The notes: a model not told the origin generated them from the letters alone. Shown: positions 29,223 through 39,152, counted from the first letter of the stretch. The stretch is DNA of 64,000 nt from Pseudomonadota bacterium (GCA_021325135.1 JAJPHT010000030.1:152826-216825); one strand, 5' to 3'. Made by a program: numbers and translations.

Positions 29223-30743
29223 ATGCGTGGCCTGGGGTGGCTGGGCGTCCTTCTCCTGCTGGCCTCAGCCCTCCCCCTCTCGGCCGAGGCGCGCGCCCAG
29301 CCCGTCGCCCCCTGGTGGACCGACGTCTCCTTCGACCGCGACCACGACGGGATCGACGACGCCCTCGCCGCCAGGCTGGGCTCCTCCGACCCGCTCACCG
29401 TCCTCGTGGACTACGCCAGCATGCCCACGCCCGGCCAGCGCGCCGCGCTGGACTCCCTGGGCGTGCAGGTGACCAGCGCCTATGCGCACTTCCCCATCCT
29501 CGCCGTCCGCGCGCTCCCCTCACAGGTCCCCGCGCTGCGGGCGCTCCCCGGCGTCGTCATGCTGGAGCACGACGACGCGATCTACCGCCTTCTCAAGGAC
29601 TCGGTCCCCCTCATCGGCGCGCCCACGGTCTGGAAGGACTACGGCGTGACCGGCAAGGGGGAGACCATCGCGATCCTGGACGACGGCGCCTTCGAGCAGC
29701 ACCCCGACCTCCAGGGCAAGGTGGAGGCCGACTTCGACGCCGGCTCCCCCAGCACGCCCCTGGGCGGCTCCCCCGTCACCGTCGTCGCCCCCGCCGGCAC
29801 GGAGGGGCACGGTACCCACGTCGCGGGCATCGCGGTGGGTGACGGCGCCCAGTCCCAGGGCCTCTACAAGGGCGTGGCCCCCGACGCGAAGTTCGCCAAC
29901 GTGAAGGTCTTCAGCGCCGCCAACGCCACCACCTCGGAGCTGGTGCTCCGGGGCCTCGACTGGGTGCTCTCCAACGCCAAGGCGCACAACATCCGCATCG
30001 CCAGCATGAGCCTGGGCGGCTCCCCCTCCGACGGCAACGACGCCATCTGCCGCGCCGTGGACCACGCCGTGGACGAGGGGCTCGTCGTCATCGCGGCGGC
30101 GGGCAACGCCGGCCCCGACGCCAGCACCATCACGGCCCCCGGCGCCGCCGCCAAGGCCATCACCGTGGGCGCGGTGGACAAGCAGAAGCGCATCGCGTCC
30201 TACTCCAGCCGCGGGCCCACCATCGCGACGAAGCTGCTGAAGCCCGACGTCGTGGCGCCCGGCAGCGACATCACCAGCGCGGTGCCCCCCTCCACCACCA
30301 GCGTGTCGGGCCTCTTCGGCGACCGCTCCGCCGGCTTCTACGGCACCTTGAGCGGCACCAGCATGGCGACGCCCCACGTCGCGGGCGTGGCGGCCCTCAT
30401 GCTGGAGGCCAACCCGGCGCTGACGCCCGCGGACGTGAAGAAGATCATCCTCGTCACGGCGCAGGACCTCGGCCCCAAGGGGCGCGACAACGACACGGGC
30501 TTCGGCTTCGTGAACGCCATCGCCTCCGTCCAGGCCGCCAAGGACCCCACCATCCTCGACCAGCCGCAGTTCGCCTCGCTCCTCGCGGTCGTCCCCGACG
30601 CGCCCCACGAGAGCGCGCTGGACCAATTCCAGTACGACGTGGCCGCCATGATCCGCCAGGGGCAGACCTCGCTCCTCGTCGCGGTCGCCGTGGGCTCGGT
30701 GGGGGCCGTGTTCATGGGCGTGGCCATCGCCCGCAGGAAGTAG
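29223..30743 (+). CDS. S8 subtilisin-like serine protease, secreted with C-terminal TM
   Basis: ILDDG, HGTHVAG, AAGN, GTSMATP. Confidence 0.95.
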   Translation: MRGLGWLGVLLLLASALPLSAEARAQPVAPWWTDVSFDRDHDGIDDALAARLGSSDPLTVLVDYASMPTPGQRAALDSLGVQVTSAYAHFPILAVRALPSQVPALRALPGVVMLEHDDAIYRLLKDSVPLIGAPTVWKDYGVTGKGETIAILDDGAFEQHPDLQGKVEADFDAGSPSTPLGGSPVTVVAPAGTEGHGTHVAGIAVGDGAQSQGLYKGVAPDAKFANVKVFSAANATTSELVLRGLDWVLSNAKAHNIRIASMSLGGSPSDGNDAICRAVDHAVDEGLVVIAAAGNAGPDASTITAPGAAAKAITVGAVDKQKRIASYSSRGPTIATKLLKPDVVAPGSDITSAVPPSTTSVSGLFGDRSAGFYGTLSGTSMATPHVAGVAALMLEANPALTPADVKKIILVTAQDLGPKGRDNDTGFGFVNAIASVQAAKDPTILDQPQFASLLAVVPDAPHESALDQFQYDVAAMIRQGQTSLLVAVAVGSVGAVFMGVAIARRK

Positions 30744-30765
30744 GAGCGATATCGGTCGCGGCGGC

Positions 30766-30795
30766 GCTGCGCCCCCCCCCCGGAACCCCCCGCTT
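30766..30795. repeat. Single degenerate copy of REP-like repeat (see 53598-53685)
   Basis: GCTGCGCCCCCCCCCCGGAACCCCCCGCTT versus GCTGCGCCCCCTGAAACCCCCGCTT. Confidence 0.6.
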
Positions 30796-31340
30796 CAGGA
30801 CCACTTGATCGAGCACCCGATGGCCCACGTCTGGTCGCGCTTGGGAGGTCGTCCCGCCAGCAGCGCGTCGACCACGTCGGGGAGATATCGTTCCTTGACC
30901 TTGGTCCCCTCGCGGTCGTCGTCGAAGCGCCCCTGATAGCAGAGGTGGAAGCCCGAGTCGAACACGAGGAAGTGGGGCGTGCACTGCGCGCCGTAGAGCG
31001 TGGCCGCGCTCTGGTTCGCGTCGCGGAGGTAGGGGAAGGGGTAGCCCTGCTCCTGGGCGCGGGCCACCATGTGGTCGAGGGAGTCCTCGGGGTAGTTCGG
31101 CTCGTCGTTGCTGTTGATGGCGACGACGCCCACGCCGCGCTTGCGCGCCTCGTCCGCCCATTCCACGAAGCGCCGCTCGTAGCTGCGCACGTAGGGGCAG
31201 TGGTTGCACCAGAACGCGACGACGAGGGCCTTGCTCCCCGCGAAGTCCGAGAGGGCGATGCGCCGGCCATCGACGTTGGGCAAGTCGAAGGGGGGCGCGC
31301 GCTCGCCGGTCTTGAGCTTGTAGCCACCGCTGACTTCCAT
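30795..31340 (-). CDS. Thioredoxin-fold AhpC/TSA family protein
   Basis: FWCNHCPYV, INSND..YPEDS, YQGRFDD, IGCSIKW. Confidence 0.93.
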   Translation of the reverse strand: MEVSGGYKLKTGERAPPFDLPNVDGRRIALSDFAGSKALVVAFWCNHCPYVRSYERRFVEWADEARKRGVGVVAINSNDEPNYPEDSLDHMVARAQEQGYPFPYLRDANQSAATLYGAQCTPHFLVFDSGFHLCYQGRFDDDREGTKVKERYLPDVVDALLAGRPPKRDQTWAIGCSIKWS

Positions 31341-31378
31341 GCGCGGAGCCACGCGTCGCGAGGGCAAGAGCGTGGCGG

Positions 31379-32059
31379 TCAGGAGGGGCCGTCCAGCAGG
31401 CGGGCGATCCAGCCGGGGTCGAGGCTCAGGCGCGCCCGTCCGGGGTCGTCCACCTCGTCGAGGATGGCGTCGAGGTCGCCCCCCTCGCGCATGAGGGCGT
31501 TCATGCGCATCAGGTGGATCGCAAGGAACGCCAGCACGGCGACGAGGAGCGCGCCGTAGGCGACGCCCGCCCACGCGCGCCACGCCCAGAGGCGGGCGGC
31601 GCCCTCGTACCCGCCGGCGAGGTAGGCCGCGACGAGGACGCCGTAGCCCAGCCACGAGGCCGCGACGGTGGGCGGGACGCGCCGCGCGAAGGGGCTCTTG
31701 CGGTCCTTGAGGCGCCAGAGCTTCGCGGCCGTCCCCGACTCCCACAGGAGGGCGCGCGCCCCGAGGCGGGCGTTGACGCGGCGCTCCAACCGCTCCAGGT
31801 GCTTGCCCATGATGAGCGTCTGCGCGCCGTCGTTGAGGAAGAGCATCGCGAAGGTGACGCTCAGGAGCGGCGCCGCGAGCAGCGTCAGGTCCGTGACCAC
31901 GGGGAGGCCCAGCTGCGTCGCGACCGCGAAGGCCGAGAGCACGCCCACCATGACGACGTAGTGCTGGCGCATGCTCGACTTGTGGAGGCGGATCTCCTCC
32001 CGCAGCGCGTCGTACTCGTGGAGCATCGCCTCGACGGCGTCATCCCCCATGCCTCGCAC
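31379..32059 (-). CDS. Hypothetical membrane protein
   Basis: EYDALREEI then 4 TM. Confidence 0.7.
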   Translation of the reverse strand: MRGMGDDAVEAMLHEYDALREEIRLHKSSMRQHYVVMVGVLSAFAVATQLGLPVVTDLTLLAAPLLSVTFAMLFLNDGAQTLIMGKHLERLERRVNARLGARALLWESGTAAKLWRLKDRKSPFARRVPPTVAASWLGYGVLVAAYLAGGYEGAARLWAWRAWAGVAYGALLVAVLAFLAIHLMRMNALMREGGDLDAILDEVDDPGRARLSLDPGWIARLLDGPS

Positions 32060-32096
32060 CCTCTGGCCACGTCGACGCGGTGCGCCTACTTCACGG

Positions 32097-32372
32097 TTAC
32101 CCGGGCTGCGCGCCCACGGCGTCCGCGACGGCGCGGTCCAGCAGCGCCCGGACCGCAGGCTTCGCCAGCGCGCCCTCCGCCCACGACTCGTCGCCCGAGT
32201 AGTCCGCGAACGTCTCGCCGGGGAGCGCCCACGCGCCCTGCTCCAGCGCGGCGAGGAGGCGCTCCTTGGTCGTGGGGAGCGGCTTGCGCGGCGCGAGGGC
32301 CGCCGCCACGCGGGGCATCGCGGTGCGGAAGAGGACGCCCACCAGCACGACGCGCGCCTGCGCGTCCTTCAG
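32097..32372 (-). CDS. Small hypothetical protein, possible CTG start
   Basis: Protein-like frame beginning at a CTGA overlap with the upstream stop; fills the operon gap. Confidence 0.45.
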   Translation of the reverse strand: MKDAQARVVLVGVLFRTAMPRVAAALAPRKPLPTTKERLLAALEQGAWALPGETFADYSGDESWAEGALAKPAVRALLDRAVADAVGAQPG

Positions 32373-33490
32373 AGGATCGCCCCCAGCGTGGGCAGCGAGT
32401 GGAAGCTCGTCTCGTAGGCGGAGACGGCGCGCCGGGCCAGCGCGGCGTCGATCTCCTCCGCGCCGGCCTCCGCGCCAAGCAGGCCCGCGCGGAGGACCAC
32501 CTGGAGCGCGGCCTCGCCCAGCACGCGGGCGTAGGCGGCGGGGAGCGTCGCCTGATAGCCCGACGCGTCCACGAGCCACGCCGCGGCGCCCTCCGCGTGG
32601 TCGCGCCCGCAGAGCCTCGCGAGGTAGGACGCGAGCGTCGCGCTGGCCTCCTCGCTCCAGTCCAGGGGCAGGCTGTCGAGGGCGAGGCGGCTCTCGCGCG
32701 GGCCGCGGGTGAGGAGGACCTCGGAGCCGCGCACGCGCGCCTGCGTCCACGCGAAGCCGGCGGGCTCCACCCAGAGCACGGTCTCCGGCTCGTCGAAGGC
32801 GTCGGCCGCGGCGTCCGGGAGCAGGTCGTCGAGCCCCGCCTCGGCCTCGGCGTCGAAGAGGCGCGACACGGCGTCGGGCGCGTCGAGGAGGAGGTCGCCC
32901 TCCGCGAGCCCCGCGAAGAAGGCGGGCAGCATGGGCGGGCGCGCCAGCGCGGCGACGTGCGGCAGGAACGCGCCGCGCAGCTTGTCGGGCGGCGCGTGGA
33001 CGCCCCACTCTTTCATGCGGCGGTCGAACTCGGCGAACGTCTCCTTCGCGCGCTGCGCCTGCTCCGCCGCGCCGGGCTGCGCAAGGGCCAGCTCCGCCGC
33101 CCGCCGCGCGCCGTCCTCGGCCCGGCTCGCCACGCCGAAGGGGTGCCTCGCGTCGCCGTCCGTGTCGGGCTCGTCGGCCCGGTGCGCCTCCGCGACGCCG
33201 GGGCACGCCAGCGTGACCGACACCTGGATGCGCCGCCCCGCGTGGACCTGGTACGGGTAGAGGTGGCACACGCTGGGGCGTGCCTCGTACACGCCGCACG
33301 CGCGGTCCTCGCGCAGCGCGCCGCAGGCGGGCCCCTTCATCGGGATGCGCAGCGTGCCGTCCGCGGCCTTGACGACGAGGGGGCCCAGCGGGCTCCGCTC
33401 GTGGGGCAGCACCAGCGGCGTCGCGGTGCAGCAGAACCCACAGCCGGGCTGGCACTCGAAGGTGAGCCCCTTGGCGTCCGCGACGTTCAC
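32369..33490 (-). CDS. YkgJ/CxxCxxCC cysteine-cluster protein
   Basis: FECQPGCGFCC...CGAL..CGVYEARPSVCHLYP. Confidence 0.85.
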   Translation of the reverse strand: MNVADAKGLTFECQPGCGFCCTATPLVLPHERSPLGPLVVKAADGTLRIPMKGPACGALREDRACGVYEARPSVCHLYPYQVHAGRRIQVSVTLACPGVAEAHRADEPDTDGDARHPFGVASRAEDGARRAAELALAQPGAAEQAQRAKETFAEFDRRMKEWGVHAPPDKLRGAFLPHVAALARPPMLPAFFAGLAEGDLLLDAPDAVSRLFDAEAEAGLDDLLPDAAADAFDEPETVLWVEPAGFAWTQARVRGSEVLLTRGPRESRLALDSLPLDWSEEASATLASYLARLCGRDHAEGAAAWLVDASGYQATLPAAYARVLGEAALQVVLRAGLLGAEAGAEEIDAALARRAVSAYETSFHSLPTLGAIL

Positions 33491-33570
33491 GGCCGCCCCA
33501 CGGCGCTTCCCCCATGAAAGGGCTCCGCCATGGAAAAACGCCTAAGCCAAGCCCGGCTGGTGGAGGAGGC

Positions 33571-35205
33571 ATGGCCGACATCCACGGCGGCAAGCACGTC
33601 GCCCGCGCCCTCAAGGACGAGGGCGTCACGCACATCTTCACCCTCTGCGGCGGCCACATCATGCCCATCTACGAGGGGTGCCTCGACGAGGGCATCCGCG
33701 TCGTCGACGTGCGCCACGAGCAGGCCGCCGTCATGGCCGCCGACGCCGTGACGCGCCTCACCCGCAACCCGGGCGTCGCCGCCGTCACCGCGGGCCCCGG
33801 CGTCATGAACGGCGTGACCGGCGTCGCCAACGCCCGCGCCGCGGACTCGCCCGTCGTCGTGCTGGGCGGGCAGAGCGACTTCGCGCGCTTCGGGCAGGGC
33901 GCGCTCCAGGAGGGCCCGCAGGCGTCCGTGCTCGCGCCGCTGTGCAAGTGGACCGCCTCGTGCTACGAGTCGCGGCTCCTCCAGGACTACGTGCACACCG
34001 CGTTCCGCGAGGCCACGAGCCCCCGCGCGGGCCCCGCCTTCCTGGAGGTGCCCTGGGACGTGCTCTTCGCCGAGTCGCCCGAGCCCGTCTACCCCCGGGG
34101 CCGCCAGCGCGTGCCGTTCCGCGCGACGCCCGAGGACGTGGACCTGCGCCGCGCGGCCGACCTCCTCGCGCAGGCGCAGCGGCCCGTCGTCGTCGCGGGC
34201 TCCGGCGTCTGGTGGGGCCACGGCGAGAACGCGCTGAAGGCGCTCGCAGAACGCTATCAGGCCCCGGTCTACCTCAACGGCCTCGCCCGCGGCATGCTGC
34301 CGCGCAGCCACAGGCACTTCCTCGTCCACTCGCGCGGCAAGGCCCTGGCCGAGGCCGACGTCGTGCTGGACCTCGCGACGCCCTTCGACTTCCGCATGAG
34401 CTTCGGCGAGGGCGTGAACCCCGACGCGGCCATCATCCACGCCGACACCACCGCGGCCGCGCTGGGCCGGCGCCCCGTGGAGGTCGGCCTCGTGGGGAGC
34501 CTCGGCCTCACGCTGGAGGGCCTGCACGCGCTCCTCCACGGCCGCCCGCAGCCCGACCGCGCCGCGTGGCTTGCCCAGCTTCGCCGCCACGACGAGAAAA
34601 AGATCGCCGAGAACGAGGCCGCCATGGCCGAAGGGGGCGACCCCATGCACGCCCTCGCCATGCTCAAGGGCCTCAACGACGCCATCGACGAGGACACGCT
34701 GGTGGTGGGCGACGGGGGCAACATCGTCGCGCTGGCGGGCAAGGTGCTGGAGGTCTCGCAGCCGGGCCACTGGCTGGACCCCGGCCCCTACGGCACGCTG
34801 GGCGTCGGCCTCCCCTTCGCCATGGCCGCGAAGCTCGTCCATCCCGCCAAGAAGGTCCTCGTGCTCTCGGGCGACGGCGCGTTCGGCCTCAACGGCATGG
34901 AGATCGAGTCGTGCGCGAGGCAGGGCATCCCGGTCACGGTCGTCGTCGCCAACGACGGCGCGTGGAACCAGATCCGCGACCCGCAGCTCACCTTCTACGG
35001 CGAGGAGCGCGCCGTCGCGACGGGGCTCTCCCAGAAGGTCCGCCACGACCAGATCGCCCTCGCGTGCGGCGGGCACGGCGAGCGCGTCGTGGACGCCAAG
35101 GAGGTGGCGCCCGCCATCGAGCGCGCCTTCGCCAGCGGCAAGGCCGCGGTGGTGGACGTCGTCATCGACCGCGCCACCAACAAGGGCTCAGGCAAGCCGA
35201 TGTGA
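33571..35205 (+). CDS. Thiamine-diphosphate enzyme (acetolactate synthase/2-hydroxyacyl-CoA lyase-like)
   Basis: RHEQAA, TAGPG, GDGAFG...ND ThDP motif. Confidence 0.92.
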   Translation: MADIHGGKHVARALKDEGVTHIFTLCGGHIMPIYEGCLDEGIRVVDVRHEQAAVMAADAVTRLTRNPGVAAVTAGPGVMNGVTGVANARAADSPVVVLGGQSDFARFGQGALQEGPQASVLAPLCKWTASCYESRLLQDYVHTAFREATSPRAGPAFLEVPWDVLFAESPEPVYPRGRQRVPFRATPEDVDLRRAADLLAQAQRPVVVAGSGVWWGHGENALKALAERYQAPVYLNGLARGMLPRSHRHFLVHSRGKALAEADVVLDLATPFDFRMSFGEGVNPDAAIIHADTTAAALGRRPVEVGLVGSLGLTLEGLHALLHGRPQPDRAAWLAQLRRHDEKKIAENEAAMAEGGDPMHALAMLKGLNDAIDEDTLVVGDGGNIVALAGKVLEVSQPGHWLDPGPYGTLGVGLPFAMAAKLVHPAKKVLVLSGDGAFGLNGMEIESCARQGIPVTVVVANDGAWNQIRDPQLTFYGEERAVATGLSQKVRHDQIALACGGHGERVVDAKEVAPAIERAFASGKAAVVDVVIDRATNKGSGKPM

Positions 35206-35682
35206 GCCCCGCGTCCTTGCGCCGGTGGGCGCCCGGCCCCGGCGCGGCGCGGGCTCCTCGTCCGCCTCGTGCCCGTGCGCGTCCAAGTCCTCGTCGTCCC
35301 ACGCGTCCGCGTAGACCACGCCCACCTGCAGCGCGCTGCGCGTGCCGCGCAGGGCGTCCACGAACCCGCGCACGCGCTCCGCGGGGCCCTCCACGACGAA
35401 GATCTCGATGCACGCCTTCCGCGCGTGGCCGTGCATCATGCTCCGCACGACGTCCGTGTATTCGTGGCGGATGCGCGCGAAGGGCTTCTCCTCCCCGTGC
35501 GGGTAGACGAGGGTGACGCTGGCCGAGCGCGCGCCCCCGCGCTCCTCCGCGGCGGTCGCGACGAGGTAGTCGCGCACGCAGGCGCGCAGGAGCTCGCTGC
35601 GGCCCGAGAAGCCCCGCTTGTCGATGAGGGCGTCCGCCTTCCGCAGGAGCGCGTCGGGGATGCTGATGCTCACGACGGCCAT
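35188..35682 (-). CDS. NikR/CopG family RHH-ACT metal regulator
   Basis: VVSISIPDALL..SGRSELLR; HEY, MHGH, CIE ligands; His/acidic tail. Confidence 0.85.
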   Translation of the reverse strand: MAVVSISIPDALLRKADALIDKRGFSGRSELLRACVRDYLVATAAEERGGARSASVTLVYPHGEEKPFARIRHEYTDVVRSMMHGHARKACIEIFVVEGPAERVRGFVDALRGTRSALQVGVVYADAWDDEDLDAHGHEADEEPAPRRGRAPTGARTRGSHRLA

Positions 35683-35759
35683 GGATTGGCAAGGATTCAC
35701 AGGTTCAAAGCGTTTCCTATGAATTCTGGGCCACCTCCTCCTTTCCCCGCCGGTCCGCG

Positions 35760-35836
35760 GGCCTGCGTTCGCAATCCGGCTGCGAGAGTTTCCTAGCTTT
35801 ATGGAAATGGCTATGACCCTCCCGCGAATGCAGGCC
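35760..35836. promoter_or_regulatory. Long-spaced inverted repeat around the znuA promoter
   Basis: GGCCTGCGTTCGC ... GCGAATGCAGGCC (12/13) enclosing TTTCC-TAGCTTTAT-GGAAA. Confidence 0.4.
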
Positions 35837-35838
35837 GC

Positions 35839-36762
35839 ATGCGCGCCACCGCGATGCTCCTCGTCGCCGCCGTCACGCTCCCGGCCCTCGCGGGCTGCGC
35901 GAGCCCCTCGGGAGGTCCGGCCTCGTCCGGCTCTAGGGCGCCCGACGTCATGGCGACGTTCTACCCGCTCCAGTTCCTGGCGCAGCGCGTCGCCGGCCCC
36001 GACCTCGTCGTGGGCAGCGTCGTGAGGCCGGGCGTCGAGCCGCACGACTACGAGGCCACCGCCGACGACGTCGTGAAGATCCACGACGCGAAGGCGCTCG
36101 TCGTCATGGGCGCGGGCTTCGAAGCGTGGCTCCAGACCGCGCGGTCCCAGGCGCCCGACACGAGGCTGATCGTGTCCACGGAGGGCCTCAGGACCCGCGC
36201 GAACCCCGACGAGGAGGAGGCGAAGAGCCTCCCCGCGGACCCGCACACGTGGATGTCCCCCGTGCTGGCCCAGCAGATGGCGCGCAACGTCCAGGCGGGC
36301 CTCGCCGCCGCCTGGCCCGACAAGGCCGCGACGTTCCGCGCGAACGCCGACCAGCTCGTCGCGGACCTCAAGGAGCTGGACCGCGAGTACCGCCTCACGC
36401 TCGCCAACTGCTCGACCCCCTTCGCCGTCACGAACCACGCGGCCTTCGGCTACTTGGCCGAGGAGTACAACTTCACGCAGATCCCCATCGCGGGGCTCGA
36501 CCCCGAGGCGGAGCCCGACCCGCAGACGGTCGCGCACGTCGTGGACGAGGCGAAGGCGCACAACGTGACTGTGGTCTTCTTCGAGGACAGCGTGAGCAGC
36601 AAGGTGGCGCAGACCATCGCGGACCAGGCGCACGCGACCACGCGCGTCCTCTCGCCCATCGAGATCGTCCCCGAGGAGAGGCAGAGGCAAGGGGTGGACT
36701 ACTTCACGGTCATGCGCGAGGACATGGTCGCGCTCCACGATGGGATGGGGTGCAGCCCGTGA
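35839..36762 (+). CDS. znuA: Zn/Mn ABC transporter substrate-binding lipoprotein
   Basis: LAGC; EPHDYE, DPHTWMSP, HAAFGY, FFE. Confidence 0.9.
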   Translation: MRATAMLLVAAVTLPALAGCASPSGGPASSGSRAPDVMATFYPLQFLAQRVAGPDLVVGSVVRPGVEPHDYEATADDVVKIHDAKALVVMGAGFEAWLQTARSQAPDTRLIVSTEGLRTRANPDEEEAKSLPADPHTWMSPVLAQQMARNVQAGLAAAWPDKAATFRANADQLVADLKELDREYRLTLANCSTPFAVTNHAAFGYLAEEYNFTQIPIAGLDPEAEPDPQTVAHVVDEAKAHNVTVVFFEDSVSSKVAQTIADQAHATTRVLSPIEIVPEERQRQGVDYFTVMREDMVALHDGMGCSP

Positions 36763-37532
36763 CGCACGAGCCGGCGCACACGCACGCGCCCAACCCGCCC
36801 GGGAAGCCCGTCCTGGAGCTTCGCGACGTGTGCGTCAACCTGGGCCGCGAGCGCGTCCTCTCGGACGTGAGCCTCCTCGTCCGCGAAGGCGAGTTCGTCG
36901 GCCTCGCGGGCCCCAACGGCGGCGGCAAGAGCACGCTCCTGCGCGCCATCCTGGGCCTCGTCCCCACGAGCTGCGGCTCCATCCAGCTCTTCGGCGTCCC
37001 CGCGCACGAGTTCCGCGACCGGAGGCGCATCGGCTACGTCGCGCAGAACGCCGCGCACGTCGAGACGGCGTTCCCCGCCAGCGCGGAGGAGATCGTGCGC
37101 CTGGGCCGCGTCGCGCCCCGCGGCCTCCTGCGCCGCCTCAACGGCGAGGACAAGCGGCTGGCGCTGGAGGCGATGCGCGAGGTGGGCGTCGAGAAGCTGG
37201 CCAGGCGGCAGATCGGCGCGATGAGCGGCGGCCAGCGGCAGCGCGTCCTCCTCGCCCGCGCGCTGGCCAGCAGGCCCGACCTCCTCGTGCTCGACGAGCC
37301 CATCACCGGCATCGACCCGCAGGCGCGCGACGACTTCACGCACCTCCTCGTGCGCCTCAACCGCGAGAAGGGCCTGACGACGCTCCTCGTGAGCCACGAC
37401 ACGGACATCCTCAGCCACGCTGCGACGCGGCTCGTCGTCATCGATCGCAAGGTCCAGTACGACGCGCCCATCGACCCCGACGCGCCCCTGCCGGGCCACC
37501 TCCACCTGCACGACCCGAGGCTGCGGCCATGA
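36759..37532 (+). CDS. znuC: Zn/Mn ABC transporter ATPase
   Basis: GPNGGGKST, MSGGQRQR, LDEP, SHD. Confidence 0.92.
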   Translation: MTHEPAHTHAPNPPGKPVLELRDVCVNLGRERVLSDVSLLVREGEFVGLAGPNGGGKSTLLRAILGLVPTSCGSIQLFGVPAHEFRDRRRIGYVAQNAAHVETAFPASAEEIVRLGRVAPRGLLRRLNGEDKRLALEAMREVGVEKLARRQIGAMSGGQRQRVLLARALASRPDLLVLDEPITGIDPQARDDFTHLLVRLNREKGLTTLLVSHDTDILSHAATRLVVIDRKVQYDAPIDPDAPLPGHLHLHDPRLRP

Positions 37533-38374
37533 ACTTCCTCGACATCCTCCTCCACTACGAGTTCCTCCAGCGCGCGCTCCTGGCCGGCGTCCTCGTGGCG
37601 ATCCTCTGCGGCATGCTGGGCGTCTTCCTCGTGCTGCGGCAGATGAGCCTCCTGGGCGACGGGCTCGCGCACGTCAGCTTCGGCGGCGTCGCCATCGGCC
37701 TCGCCTTCGGCTTCTACCCCATCGGCGTCGCGCTTGTGGGCAGCGTCCTCGCGGGCGTCGCCATCTACCTCCTGCGCGACCGGGGCATCGTGAAGGGCGA
37801 CACGGCCATCGGCATCCTCTTCACCGCGGGCCTCGCGCTGGGCATCCTCGTCGTGAGCGCGACGGGCGGCTTCACGGTGAACGCCAACAGCTATCTTTTC
37901 GGCAACATCCTCGCCATCACGACGCAGGACCTCCAGGTCGTCTTCGGCGTGGGCCTCCTCCTCGTGCTGCTGGTGTACGCCTTCTTCAAGGAGTTCTTCA
38001 GCATGACCTTCAGCGAGGAGGCGGCCAAGGTCACGGGCCTGCCCGTGGGCCTGCTCAACGTGGTCTTCGTGAGCCTCACGGCGGCCACCATCGTCGTCGC
38101 GAGCCGCATCGTGGGCGTCCTCCTGGTGAGCGCGCTCATCATCGTTCCCGCGGCCACGAGCCTCCAGATCGCGCGGAGCTTCCGCGTCGCCATCGCGCTG
38201 AGCGTGGCGATCGGCGTCCTCAGCGTCGTCGCGGGCATGGTCCTCGCCGTCCAGGAGGGGTGGGCGACGGGTGCCAGCATCGCCATCGTCGCCATCGCCC
38301 TCTTCGTGCTGACCCTCGCGGGGAAGCGCGTCTTCCGCGAGCCCGTCGTCGAGCCGGAGCACCCCCACGGCTGA
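37529..38374 (+). CDS. znuB: Zn/Mn ABC transporter permease
   Basis: GDGLAHVSFGG, YLFGNIL, VGVLLVSAL. Confidence 0.92.
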   Translation: MNFLDILLHYEFLQRALLAGVLVAILCGMLGVFLVLRQMSLLGDGLAHVSFGGVAIGLAFGFYPIGVALVGSVLAGVAIYLLRDRGIVKGDTAIGILFTAGLALGILVVSATGGFTVNANSYLFGNILAITTQDLQVVFGVGLLLVLLVYAFFKEFFSMTFSEEAAKVTGLPVGLLNVVFVSLTAATIVVASRIVGVLLVSALIIVPAATSLQIARSFRVAIALSVAIGVLSVVAGMVLAVQEGWATGASIAIVAIALFVLTLAGKRVFREPVVEPEHPHG

Positions 38375-38444
38375 CGCGGGGCGGCGATACTTTCAGCGGA
38401 CCCTCCGCGAAGCCCAAGCCTGCAACGTCCCGTCGAGGGCGCCC

Positions 38445-38978
38445 ATGGCCGCCACGCGCCTGATGGAGTGCGCGGACTGCTCCGTCCTCGTCCACGCCCC
38501 CGCGCGCGGCGCCGCCGGGTGCCCGGAGTGCTCGGGCCGGCTCTCTCCGGGCCTGCGAGACGTGGGCTTCGCGGACGCCGCGCGCGTCTACGGAGAGCCT
38601 GGCGCGCCCTTCGTCCCGCCCCCCGAGGAGGCGCCGACGGAGCCCGCCCGCAAGCCGGCCAAGCTGCGCTGCGCGGACGGCCACCGCGTGCGCTCCAAGC
38701 CCGAGCGCGCCGTGGACGACTGGCTCCACGCCAACGGCATCCTCCACGAGCTGGAGCCGCGCCTCAAAGGCATGCGCCCCGACTGGAGGATCGGCAACGT
38801 GTACGTCGAATACTGGGGCCTCTCCGGCCAGCAGGGGTACGAGGCGCGCCGCGAGGAGAAGCTGGCGCTCTACCGCAAGCGGAGGCTCAGGCTCGTGGAG
38901 CTGTTCCCCGACGACGTGGCCGACCTGGAGCCCAAGCTGGGCTTCTTGAGAAGGGCGCAGCCCGCGCGGCTGTTCTGA
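38445..38978 (+). CDS. Zn-ribbon plus PD-(D/E)xK-like nuclease domain protein
   Basis: CADC/CPEC; RSKPE..DDWL..E..PDW...VEYWG. Confidence 0.7.
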   Translation: MAATRLMECADCSVLVHAPARGAAGCPECSGRLSPGLRDVGFADAARVYGEPGAPFVPPPEEAPTEPARKPAKLRCADGHRVRSKPERAVDDWLHANGILHELEPRLKGMRPDWRIGNVYVEYWGLSGQQGYEARREEKLALYRKRRLRLVELFPDDVADLEPKLGFLRRAQPARLF

Positions 38979-38981
38979 GCC

Positions 38982-39152
38982 TCAGCGCAGGGGGAAGATC
39001 AGCGTGATCGCGATGACGATGATCGCCACGCCGAACGCCATGCCCAAGACGATGCGCGGGTCGATCTTGATGGAGGTCTCCTCTTCCGCGTCGAAGTAGC
39101 GGATGAGGCCGGCCGCCTGCTGGAAGCCCGCGTTCTTGTTCTGCTTCGCCAT
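38982..39152 (-). CDS. secG: Preprotein translocase subunit Sec61beta
   Basis: AAGLIRYFD...IKIDP followed by one TM; TTTATA box at 39184-39189 (minus strand). Confidence 0.92.
   Translation of the reverse strand: MAKQNKNAGFQQAAGLIRYFDAEEETSIKIDPRIVLGMAFGVAIIVIAITLIFPLR

Noticed and set aside
30772-30781. Poly-C tract as a phase-variation switch
   Set aside because: It lies between convergent genes and is part of the REP-like repeat
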